Shown here: positions 1-12,100 of the stretch, in pieces
Layout of the letters: the number at the start of each line of letters is the position of its first letter
Numbering within the stretch: the stretch's first letter is position 1
DNA from: Trichoplax sp. H2
Taxonomy: Eukaryota
DNA: 64,000 nt
Assembly: GCA_003344405.1 (NCBI GenBank)
Contig: NOWV01000019.1
Coordinates: forward strand, 744,001 to 808,000
Direction of reading: 5' to 3'
The notes under the pieces: generated by a model
What the model saw: the letters and a program-made list of their open reading frames with translations, nothing else
The model's database searches: none
What the model was told of the DNA's origin: nothing
Made by a program: the position numbers and the translations under genes

Positions 1-3000
1 CAGTTTTAGCTTTGCCCTTGAATTCTTGCATTAACCCAATCATTTATACCATCTTTACGAAAAAGTTTACGAATTACGTGAATTCTTATCTAACTTGTTA
101 TAAGTGTTATAATCGTCAGTATCATGCATCGATGGCAATATACACCACATCGATAATTAGTAAAAACGCTATTAGTAAACTGAATGTGGTAGCCAAGGAA
201 GGTAATGAATCTGTCAAGAAATAAATTTTGCAACTAATGCTCATCTTATTTCATCAAATAAAATATCTTAGTATTAGTTGATTATTACCTTTTTATATAC
301 TGAAAGTTTATATCAGAAGCGCATAGTTTTAAATTATCGGAGTACTAATAATTATAACCAATTTTATTGCATGGATACGTTAAAATGATTGACTTTTCAA
401 TAAAGTTTGGATTCAGTTTCTATTAAAGAGACTATAGGTGTACTTTAACCTTCAGACCAAGGAGAAATTATTTATCAGTAATAGATTTTGCTGTAGGTAG
501 TTGTCACTTGTCAAAGAAGACAAACTTGACATTAGATTTGATGTGTTAAGTCGTTAATGGCATATTTAATTTCTTCGTTATAAGTTTTAACTTTTAACAG
601 TATCATACCGAAATTATCATATTTTAGTCTAAAATTAAATATATCTTGATATACTTAGTGTAATAGTTTTGCAAGCAAAAATGTACTATTTTTCAAATTT
701 TAATCTAAAAAAAAATATAGAAAATCTTTATTTAGACGTTAGCAAGTAATTTTACGATAGTAACGAAATCACTTTAATATTTATACCGATGTATATATAT
801 AATTCAGTAATTTACTTCAAATCATATTTTGGAATTAAATCGTATCCGTAGTGGGAATGAGAAATGGTACATGATCACTTGTAAATGAATTTTACCGTGA
901 TTAATATTTATTACCTAAACTTTATTACCTTGTAATCTAAACTTAAAAAAGATACTGGCTTTGCCAATTTTCAAGTCGTAATACTCAACCTTGGCGAATT
1001 TCCTCTTAAATCTGTAAGTATTTCACTCCTATAGTGTATGTTATTCACTCCAGACAGTTATTAGCAGTCCTCGAAATCAATCTTAGTTTGCTAATTTGTT
1101 ACGAAAAGAGTTCCGTTGCAATTTATAATATAAAATTATTGATATTTTTCTTTGACTTCAGGGCTATATCCGTGCTCAATTTATTAATAAAAATGGAAAA
1201 ACCTTATTTGCTTTGATAAAATTATATAATAAAGCTGAAAGAAAATTATGGGAAAAGGAAGTAGATTTCTATCGCTACGTTCACATGAGACGTTGGTGTT
1301 TACTAAACGTATCTCAATGTCTTTGGATATGTGAAGGAAAGAAATGCCATATCTCTTTACTAAAGAAAGATAAAGCCAAGCTACTAGATAAATTGTAAGT
1401 TGATCACAATCACTTAATAGTATTGGATTAAAAGTCCCAGTCATATAACTTTAATACGCAATTAATTAGAAATAGTCAACGTAGACAGTTGCAATAAATC
1501 CACGGTTTAGAAATGAAGAAAGATTATTAGTAATAAAACTGTCAAATATATGAGATTTCATCTGCCAATTGCCCATAATAATTATCAGATTTCTAAAGCA
1601 AAGCAAGTAAATTTGTAATGTCAAGATATATTAAAACTTACAGTGGTACATTTTATCATCCTGCTCACTTCTGGGCAGAATTATACCTGCCAACGATTAT
1701 ACCATTACTAGATGAAATTCAGTTTAACGAAATTGATAGGTAATACTTTATTTATTAATCTAAAAGTATAAACCACATCAAATTATAAATACTGTTTTGT
1801 CAACTGTTTTGAAGCAAAGGTAATTTTGAACCTATATCGCTTAAATTTCCTAAATAAAGAATCTACCTACAGAATACACGTAACTGTTATTAATTATAGT
1901 ATTTTAATGCAATATAGCTTTAAATAGAATAGCAAAGGTTGAACTCGATACTATACACATGCCATGTGATTAAATAACTACTGGTATTTATATCGTCCTT
2001 ATATCTTGCACTTTTCTTATTTGCTAAAATGATATACTGTTGTTTCCACCTTCGAAGCCTAACTTGTTACTACATGAGTGGTAATGAATTACAATCGTTA
2101 AAAGAGATGCTCGAATACAATTCCAAACATTTGTCCCCGACAGTTATTGTCAAGATCATTCTAGATATTGCAATAGCAATCAAGTCCTTGCATTCAAATA
2201 TGATAGTCCACGGCAACATTGGGACTCATGCCATTCTCCTTATTACATCTCACAAGGTAACCGAATGCATGATACATCGTCGAGCAATAGATACTCTTAT
2301 CTTATGGAAAATCATTGTTATAAATGAAAAGTTTAATTTAGTACTTTTCTAATTATTATTTAATTACAAACGTATTCAACAATCTAAATAGGAGCAGCAG
2401 GCAACAGCACTATTAAGTGAATTTTCGCATATGCACAGATTGCAATTATTCACGGGCAGTAAACAGAATGAAACAATCTCACAGTTAATGTGTAAGGACA
2501 TTAATGGGTTGGTCTCCTTGACTGAAGCTCTTTCTCTGTACTGCCAAATCGATAAAAATCGGCCATTGAATGATAGTGAAGTAGCATCGCAAGGCGATGT
2601 TAATTACGACGACTGGGAGTTAGCTCTAGAATCGGTAAGATACTATGAAGCATCATTCGAGCTGCCATTCATGAACAGTTACAAATCAAATTAATGGTAT
2701 TCCATTTATAACATTTTAAACTATTTGAACTTATCTCCTAGAATTGCGAAAACTAAAATATAACATATCAGAAGGGTATTTTACTGTTTCATTGCGTTAA
2801 AATGAATTTTTAATGTTTTGGTTACTGTTCTGCTTAACTTTGAGTCTAAGTCAAATGTTAAAATACTTAGCTTGATTTAAGATTAGTACCTAATTTAGCA
2901 TTAAGCTATATTTGTGAGTAATATTTTAGTTTTGAATTTTGAGGCGATCTAGCAATTAAGTCTGACATTCTGTGAATCTTTATCTAGCTGCAGCATATCA

Positions 3001-3113
3001 AATCGGTAATTTACGAAAGCCAAAACCATAGGAATATTAAAGAACGTCAAGAAATCATAATCTCAACTATTGAGCAACTATTTAATCGAATGCCTGAACC
3101 AGGTGATGGATAA
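1..3113 (+). CDS. 3' portion of a rhodopsin-class (LGR/RXFP-like) GPCR fused to a C-terminal kinase-like (pseudokinase) domain; 5' end lies outside the window
   Basis: Exon <1-201 reads VLALPLNSCINPIIYTIFTKKF (TM7, NPxxY) and ends at a phase-1 GT donor. Further AG/GT exons stay in frame: 952-1013 (TGFANFQVVILNLGEFPLKS), 1162-1394 (GYIRAQF..FALIKLYNKAERKLWEKEVDFY..), 2058-2256 (..IILDIAIAIKSLHSNMIVHGNIGTHAILL), 2392-2634 (ATALLSEFS..DINGLVSLTEALSLYC..DWELALES) and 2988-3113 (LQHIKSVIYESQ..TAA). Confidence 0.8.
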
Positions 3114-4507
3114 GGAAATTTTTAGCGCTTTCAATTCTCTCTTTCTTATTAATTCGCAAGAGTTGTAGTTTAATCCCGCAGAAATACCTCTAACATGTAT
3201 GGCTTTCAGTTAAAACATATGATACTATATCTAAACTATGTTAGTTTTAATGTCTTCTATTGCAAGTATGTCATATTATCTGATGGTCTTAAATATAGAG
3301 TACTGCAGTTTCAAAATTAACTTTAACTAAGTACATTTACAGTAAATCAAAGATAAATAGTGCACAAGTTGATACGTAGATCTAAACTTCTAGATTTTCA
3401 TATTTAAATAAAGTTAATGTTTGCCAATTACGGTTTGGAAATATGAGAGATAGCATATGATAAATAAACCCTGTCTTAAAGCAAACAGATCGATGTTAGT
3501 TTTTATATTTGCGAAGTATAGCTACAAAAGTAAGGATTTTTTAGTTTTTCATAGAAAAATAGTATTCAAAGGATCTACAAAGTTAAAATCTGTAAATAAC
3601 GTAGGTTTGTAGGTATTTATTAAAATAATTAGCGCTGTACCTCTAGTATGGTACTAGTCTGCATTTATCGGGGTATGTCCTCGAAGTTAGCAATGAAAAA
3701 TATGCTATGGTCCATTGCAGATAGTATAAAATCAGCTCTAGTTGATAAATACTACAGTAAATCCTGCATTCATGCCTACAACTTTAGTTATTTCTGCGCA
3801 ATCTTGTTAACTTAATCTTACACTATTTAGGAAAGCTGTACAATATCGCTATAAGCATGTCACTGTTCTACTTTTACCTTAATTACTTTATTCATTACAT
3901 TCTTTAGCATTTTTAAACTCTACTGCAAGACAGCTAACGTCCTGCTATGTAGTTATACTCGTATTCTCTAATACGATTTCCAGCTTACGATAATGAATCC
4001 ATGTTTACTTATTACTGTATACCGCACAAGTGCTAATTGTTATGCTTTCAATCAGCCTCTTTACCCAATCACTCATTCGATATTTTATTTTTCCAATATC
4101 ATAAATTGTGATTTGTAACAATTAGAAGAAAATATGACAATACAAAACACGGTACAAATCTCTTAAGAATGTTCACAAAACGGCTTTTTAGTAACACTAG
4201 TACTTTATCTTAGCAACTTCATCAAATGACCGAAACGAGAAGCACACAGTACAAACTTCTTACTCGACTTGTTCACAACAGGTACATTCATGTATGCAGT
4301 ATATGCGTACAATAAGTAATACTAAATCAATAGACTAAAAGAGCCGCAACTTACAATTAAGGGCTGATCAGTTAGGATAATAAATTGTTTGTTTTCAATG
4401 CCCTTGCTATGATAAAATAATAACAGTAAAGTTTACTACCTCTCAACTTGTGATTCTTATTATTAATATTTTAACTGATTCATTGTAACTTGAATTAAAT
4501 CTGTCAC

Positions 4508-6688
4508 TAGTAGTTACAACTTCTATTATAGCACAGGCGACTAACCAATACTATGATCTTCAACGACTACCTTCATCGCCGCACTAATTGAGTAGAGCAA
4601 TAAAACTAATTAGCCAAGTCTCTGGACGTTCAAAAACCCTAGATAACTACGTTGTTTAGTAGGCTACTGTTACAAGTCAAAGCTTGCAACAAGGAACGAC
4701 AGAAAATAGTCCACCTCCCTTCTTCAAGTGACAAGTATACTTTATTTGACTACCGCCTTACATAAATGAGGCAGGAACACGTTTTTTTGGTGTCTTTTGA
4801 GTAGAAAATACTTAAAAGGACGTTATAGTACGCTATCCAATCAGAAAACGACAACTCATTCCAAAATGACTCCAACTCTATGTCACCATATTTCAGTCTC
4901 AAAGAATGTGCAGTAAATCTACCAAATTGTACAGAGCTGGATAGTGTGCTGTGACAGTTACCTATAGTATTTTGAAAGAAAGAAATTTTTAATGTATTAC
5001 TAAAATGCGCAACTGTGGCAGCTGACAATTCCATCAGCTTGCAACTTTGCAAAGTATCCCAATCAATTTATAGGCAATATTCATGGCAAAATAGCTCAAA
5101 GAGGTTTCCATGAGTTAGCCAATTGTGACAGTGCTATATACTATATTAGAGTAGAAATAACTATGTTAGGATAATTCTGTTAGACTATCCTTATTTAGTT
5201 AACTTCTAATTTGGATATACTGTATTTTAATATAGTACTGACTTTTTATGACAGTGACACTTGTACACATACTGAAATTAATAGTTATAATAGGGAATGC
5301 AAATCATCTGCTTATAGTTCGAATCATTGTGATGGTAATTTACTTATGGTAGATTGTAAATTATCATGGAAATATTCCGTGATAGGACATATCGTAATCT
5401 GACTATTCTGTATTAGTCATTACATGTCTATGTTCGTAAATACTGTTGTCTGCATTAAAGGAGCAGTAGCTAAAATTNNNNNNNNNNNNNNNNNNNNTAG
5501 TAGTTACAACTTCTATTATAGCACAGGCGACTAACCAATACTATGATCTTCAACGACTACCTTCATCGCCGCACTGATTGAGTAGAGCAATAAAACTAAT
5601 TAGCCAAGTCTCTGGACGTTCAAAAACCCTAGATAACTACGTTGAAAACGACAGCTCATTCCAAAATGATTCCAACTCTATCTCACCATATTTCAGTCTC
5701 AAAGAATGTACAGTAAATCTACCCAATTCGTCAGCAAAGCGACGGGAGTTTGCACTAGTGTATTGCTAAAATGCGCAACTGTGGCAGCTGACAATTCCAT
5801 CAGCCCGCAACTTTGCAAAGTATGGCAATCAATTTATAGGCAATATTCATGGCAAAATAGCTCAAAGAGGCTTCCATGAGTTAGCCAATTGTGACAGTGT
5901 TATATACTGTATTAGAGTAGAAATATCTATGTTAGGATAATTCTGTTAGACTATCCTTATTTAGTTAACTTCTAATTTGGATATACTGTGTTTTAATATA
6001 GCACTGACTTTTTATCACAGTGACACTTATACACATACTGAAATTAATAGTTATAATAGGGAATGCAAATCATCTACTTATAGTTCGAATCATTGTGATT
6101 GTAATTTACTTATGGTAGATTGTAAATTATCATGGAAATATTCCGTGATAGGACATATCGTAATCTGACTATTCTGTATTAGTCATTACATGTCTATGTT
6201 CGTAAATACTGTTGTCTGCATTAAAGGAGCAGTAGCTAAAATTAATATCTACTTATAGTTCGAATCATTGTGATGGTAATTTACTTATGGTAGATTGTAA
6301 ATTATCATGGAAATGTTCCGTGATAGGACATATCGTAATCTGATTATTCTGTATTAGTCATTACATGTCTATATTCGAAAATACTGTTGTCTGCATTAAA
6401 GGAGCAGCAGCTAAAATTGATATCTAATTCAGTAAATGATTCCAATGTTAATTGTCTTAACTATGACTCATGAACTATTGAGGAATAGTATATAAATGCA
6501 GTATATCGCGTAATAAAGTGGATTCTCAAACTTGGTGTTTAACGTAAAATACGAGGCGATTAAGTCTTTGTGTAATCTGCTAGTAGAGCAAAAGTGTTTC
6601 TTAGTGCAGATATCGTTCCTTAATACGCGGTTCAAGGAATTGATTTATTGATCGTACATTACGTTATCTTGTTGCAAAGCTATTTTGT
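4508..6688. repeat. Two near-identical tandem copies (4508-5477 and 5498 onward) either side of a 20-N gap, containing interspersed repeat family A
   Basis: Both copies start TAGTAGTTACAACTTCTATTATAGCACAGG. Copy 1 has an extra ~190 bp (about 4655-4843). Copy 2 has an internal ~175-bp tandem duplication (about 6071-6245 and 6248-6420). Confidence 0.9.
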
Positions 6689-6825
6689 GACACCAATCAA
6701 ACGTGGCAACCTATTCAAAATGTTTCAAGCATCACTTCTCTTCCACGAAGTCCAACGCAGTTACGAATATGAGCAACAACAAAACTTGAAGTCTACTGCA
6801 GCTTCATTTCCATAGTAACGCCGGA

Positions 6826-7320
6826 ACTACACTGTACACTGTACAGTGTACAGTACTTCAACTTCGCTTGCAGTACGGTAGTGGCGTGCACTGTGCAGAG
6901 TGGGTCTCCTTGCCGTCGTTAAAACTCAGTACTGTACTGTGTATACTGTACACTGTACAGTACAGTACTGTACTGTACTGTGTATACTGTACAGTGTGTC
7001 ATGTTACCTGGACGGTATATTCGCTAAGGATGCTTTCTGATATGTAGAGGATAACATGTATATTTTATACTGTAAGTATCTTTTTTTTGAGAGAGAAAAG
7101 CAAAGAAGACTCCGAGGAAGGTTTCGCTTGAAAGTTCTGTATACAGCTGACTGAGCGTACTCAGGATACTGTACTGTACATACTGTATACTGCACGGTAC
7201 TATTCGCTTGCATTTCGCTTACTTTCCGATTGCATTTGTGTGCTACAGCGGTGCAGCGAGTGTACAGTGTACAGTACAGAGGTGCGAATACAGTACTGTA
7301 CACTGTACACTGTACAGTAT
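6826..7320. repeat. Low-complexity CAGTA/TACTG/TGTACA palindromic microsatellite field
   Basis: Repeated ACTGTACAGT, TACAGTACTGTA and ACTGTACACTGTACAGT units. The overlapping T/V/Q/Y/C-rich ORFs on both strands are artefacts of this repeat. Confidence 0.85.
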
Positions 7321-9143
7321 ACCGACAATTAGCGACAAAGCAAAGCTTGTTGCCAATACAGAATTCTTCACGATCTATTCTAACCAACTGCCATGCCAGA
7401 ATTCAAACTTACCACCAATTTGAAGTTAGCCTAATAGTTCATTTTTGCTATCTCTATGGTTCGACAAGGGAGGAATTGATCGACGACTTTCAACATCCAG
7501 TTGTAGCCAAAAAAAAATGCCTTTGAAAAAGAGTCAAATTTTACAGGTGAAATATGCAACTGGATAAGTACGACAGACACAAGCTGATAACCCTAATCGA
7601 GTTTCTCATCCATTCATCAAATAGATAGTAGGCAGGAGGCGTAGGTTAGAATGAGCATCTTTTAGCTTTCATCGACAGTACTGTACAGTATAGCGTCGTA
7701 GAATGCATATCTACAGTAGTGATCCAAAGCAAAATTTTAATTTTTTATCCTTATATACAGTATATCTTGTTCATGGCCTCGAGAATGATTTGGATCCATT
7801 TCACTGCACCTAAAATTGATCCAAGCTTGATTTAGACAATGTGAATTAATCTAGAGGTCAGCTAATGTTGTACTTTATATTGATGACGATAATCATATCA
7901 GTAATGCATCTGCAAAATAAGTAAAAAATACTCTGCTATCCTTACTTTAAGCATTAATTTAGACAAGTTGATATTGTATTTACAGTCGATTATACCAATC
8001 CAACGATCGAATACTAGTTCATACCAATGCCCAAAGCTGTCATTGGCACTCTAGATGCGATCGATTAGATCATCATACTCGTACTCCAATAAAGTTCTAA
8101 TAATTGAATGAAGATAGCAATGAATGATATAATCGATGGGAAAGACTTTCATAGCCGATCAAGTAGATGTTGCTTTACTGCTTTAACAGTCTGGATCTGA
8201 CCAGTGGAATGATACCAACAAGACATGCAGTAATGTTCGTTAGGAATTGTCTGACTGTTGAAACTTCCTATAATATGGATATAGAATAGAAGTGTGAATG
8301 GAGTTCAGGAATGCAAGATGCCCTTTTATTTTATCACATGTTGGTAGTAAGAGAGTTTTGCTGTTCTATTTTTACTATAGCTTCAATAGTTCAACATTAA
8401 TATACTGTACTGCTATGGTAAGAATCAATCAATTGGACTTTGTAAGACTCATTCGACATAACTCTCCAATGCCTCTATTGATTGGTTTGACTAGTTTGTA
8501 AATGTTATATGGTTATAGCAATTTCCTAATGGACTGCCTATTCAATTTAATCGATGCCACATTGACAGTAGATCCGAAATCTCTATAACACACCAACTTT
8601 ATAAACGAAACAATTTTATTAACGTATGTATATACAAAAATAACCGTCCATTGTAAGCCAATAAATATGCCCACTCTTGACACATTCCTACAATCACTGC
8701 TATGGTCATGTTTAAGTTACATCATAAGCATGCTATCGTCAATATGTAACGCGATCCTAGTTAACTCAGTACAATGTATGATGAAATTTACGGTTGAAAT
8801 ACCATTTCATCTACAACTGAACGTATTATCTGAGCAAGCAAGTATCCAATTGCAATACCAAATTCAACTATAGCTGTCATTCGACTAACCCTACTAGATT
8901 CATTACGGAAATAGCAGACCCTAACCTCGTAATGATAGCCAAATATGTAGCAACTATTAGAGATAGTTGAATTATACGAAAAGCACAATTGCAATCTAGG
9001 TTTTAAATTGATATCGGATAACCATGTTCTTGTAATTAATCATCTAGTCAATCATACATATTATATTCGCCCTATTGCATATTATTTGCCGCAAGGCCCA
9101 ATATAGTCCTTCAGTGCATATATTTCGTTAACGTCTCTTCAAA

Positions 9144-12100
9144 ATGGCAATGGCGGAGGTATCTTTATCAATATTAAGATTCATAATATTGGACTTGATA
9201 GTAAGTATTGAATCTCTCAAGCCTGTAAACAATGATTGTAACTATGAAAAATTGAACAGAGCTAACTTTATATCTTCATAAACATAGCCCCTCTCGTATC
9301 GAACCCAATAAGTGATATTGTAATCCATCAACTTTTTTAAAAATAATTTCTCATATAAAATAAATAAATATTTTTATAGTCTAGTAGCAAGCATTAACAA
9401 TAACATCATTATAGAAACAAATGATCGAAGAAGTTACTTAATCGGCTCATATCATATTCATTACTGTAGTTGATGTATTTTAAATTTACTCGCTAGAAAA
9501 TTAATAATTAGTTATGCCTATGGAACAAAATTATAGACAGAGGAAGAAGAGAGTGATACCAACCAGCAATCCAGCAGCGACTCTTCTTTACAAAGTATTA
9601 TCAGCAGACATAACCTAAAAGCAAGATATTGGTCTTACTTATTTGATAATCTAAATCGGGCTGTTGATGAAATTTATTGCGTTTGCGAGAATGATGAAAA
9701 TATTAATGGTTGTCAGGTAACCAATCTCATGGTAGTTTGTGTCGTAAGATCATCTCAGAGTAACCTTAACGTATTTACGCCTATAACGAAATTCGGTTGC
9801 TTTAGTTAGCACCAAAAGAACAATGCAAAAAACCTAAGTTATAAAGTTTGAATTATAAGTAATTATGAACTACGATAGAGTTTCCATTATACGCGTATTT
9901 AGATAGTATAGCGAAATGATGTGTATATTATTGATATCATAATATTAATAAACAATTCATATGCATATGATCGGCAGGAAGTCATTATGACATTAGATAT
10001 ATGCAAGAAAGATTTTAATGCATTAGTTGAAAGAATTCACTTACAAACAGAATTTGAAGTTGCAGATTCAAAGTATGTATTCAATTATTGTTTTTAAATA
10101 TTTTGGTCACACAATTTTATACTTTACTATAGTAAAAAGCGTAAGCGTATGTAACATGCTGTTTTTAACCATCGATTCAATATATCCTCATAGACCAACA
10201 TCTTTAGCCTGGGAAGTCAGAAAATCCTCTCCTGGTAAATCTTTTTCTATGGATGGTAGTAGAAGAAGCTCAGAACGTACTAGCAGTAGTAGCAGTAACA
10301 GACTATCAATGGGTTCTGCCCGGAAAATTAATTTTGACATAAAAGAAAGCGATGGACAACAGAACGCTGCTGTAGAAATGCCATTAGCCAAAGATGATAG
10401 CAATCCACGCCTTGAAGTTGTACACGAAAAGACCACCTGGGCTGATAGAGTGAAAAATAAAGGCAGTGTTATCAGAGAGGTACGAAAAGTCATTCAGTTT
10501 CTTTTTTTACCAGACTAATACATTACTTTATTAACCGATACTTTAGTTTCTTAATTATCATAATGAAAATTATGTATTCGAATGTTGGTAATAGAATTTG
10601 TATCTCAGTTTAGTAAGCGACGACAGTAAATTAGACATTTTGCTATACTGTAGGTAGTAACTACGGAGTCGCAAACAAAAAAAGACAATGATTCTATCGA
10701 TAACGATGGTGAATGGACCCTCGTACACCACGGGAAATCTAAGCGTACCCGTAAGATATTACTTGCATTTTTGCCTATTATTGAAACTGTATAATGATCT
10801 CAAATTGTAAAAATATAAATTAGCTTTCTGATTATATGATCAAATAATCAATTTTGAAGTCAATTTTCTGAATCTTCTTACAGGGAGTAACCAGCAATCA
10901 GATTCTGTTAGAAATGAAACAGACTTGCAAAAACTTCAGGTGTACTTTACTTTTGATTTAAATACTTTATGCAGTATTATGGCCTAGTAATGTGACGGCG
11001 TTTCTAAACGATGTTAGGATGATTACGGCGATGAAGACATTATCCCATTTTTAGAAGCCAATGGTAGTTTATCAATAATATATGACTTATTCTTGCTTTG
11101 GTGAAATGAATTTTAAGATCCTTGAGTAAAATTTGCTATTTTTTATTGAAGACGAATTCAGAAATCTCAGTTTGGCAGATAGAATGGAACTTCTAGATGT
11201 TGATTCCAATGTTAGGCCTCCAGGTAGGGTCATTGAAATTCATCAAAAACTGTCCTCCCCAAGGAAAAGGTATCTTCAAATAAATTTAGCATTTAATAGT
11301 TAATAAAAACAGCCATAAACTGAAAGCTATCTTATTATTGGCTATAAAATTGATTCAGTATACATGACTTATCAGCATGTTATTGCTTGTCGCTATAATT
11401 ACAGACCTCTTGATGAAACTAAGCGAATTCAAGACGAACGCCAAGTCAGTAATACATTTGGCTGCAGTTGATGTGCTCAATTCCGTCATATATTATAAAC
11501 ATCTATTTGGCTATTTAAATTGATAAAAATTACATCGATTAAATAACATATGCATGACGTCACATAATAGATGAAAGCTGCGGAGCGAAGAAATTATAAT
11601 CAAAAAGAAAGATTAAAAAAAGTAAAATCAACCTTAGAAAAGGTACATTTTTGTTAGTGCTAAACAAAATTTATACCAGGATTATGACGAATTGTTGTAG
11701 AAATACTGATATGAAATACTACTAATTTTATATTTAGGGGAAAAAAATTCGACAGCAGCAAGAAGAGATGCAGCGACAAAAGAAAGAATACTTTGAAAAG
11801 AAGCATACAACAGCTGAACAAAAGAGACTTGATCAACTACGAGAAATAGTACGAAAGGCTCAGGAAGAAGATGCCAAAGTCAGTTAAAGATGCAATGTCT
11901 AATAAGAGCGCTTAGACGTGAATTATCTATATAGTTTGCATACGTGTGCTTGAATATTTATTACTATAATGTAAATCATGTTCTACAGATTAGTGAGATT
12001 GCGTTTATTAATTCATTGGAAGCCCAAAATAAGAGGATTGAAGTATTTTCGAGACATCAGGTTTGAGCACGAATGATCTACGCATAATTTAACACTTCAA

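Noticed and set aside
5211-6168. Repeated ~63-aa ORFs (also 42824-43033) as a small gene family
   Set aside because: They lie inside repeat family A, two have non-ATG starts, and no domain is recognisable.
7004-7526. Overlapping ORFs rich in T/V/Q/Y/C on both strands
   Set aside because: Translation of the CAGTA/TACTG microsatellite; no splice or domain support.
7990-9100. Possible degenerate transposon or gene upstream of SCAPER
   Set aside because: Only short ORFs with no recognisable motif and no second copy in the window.
10188-10493. 101-aa antisense ORF
   Set aside because: Shadow of the Ser-rich SCAPER exon on the + strand.
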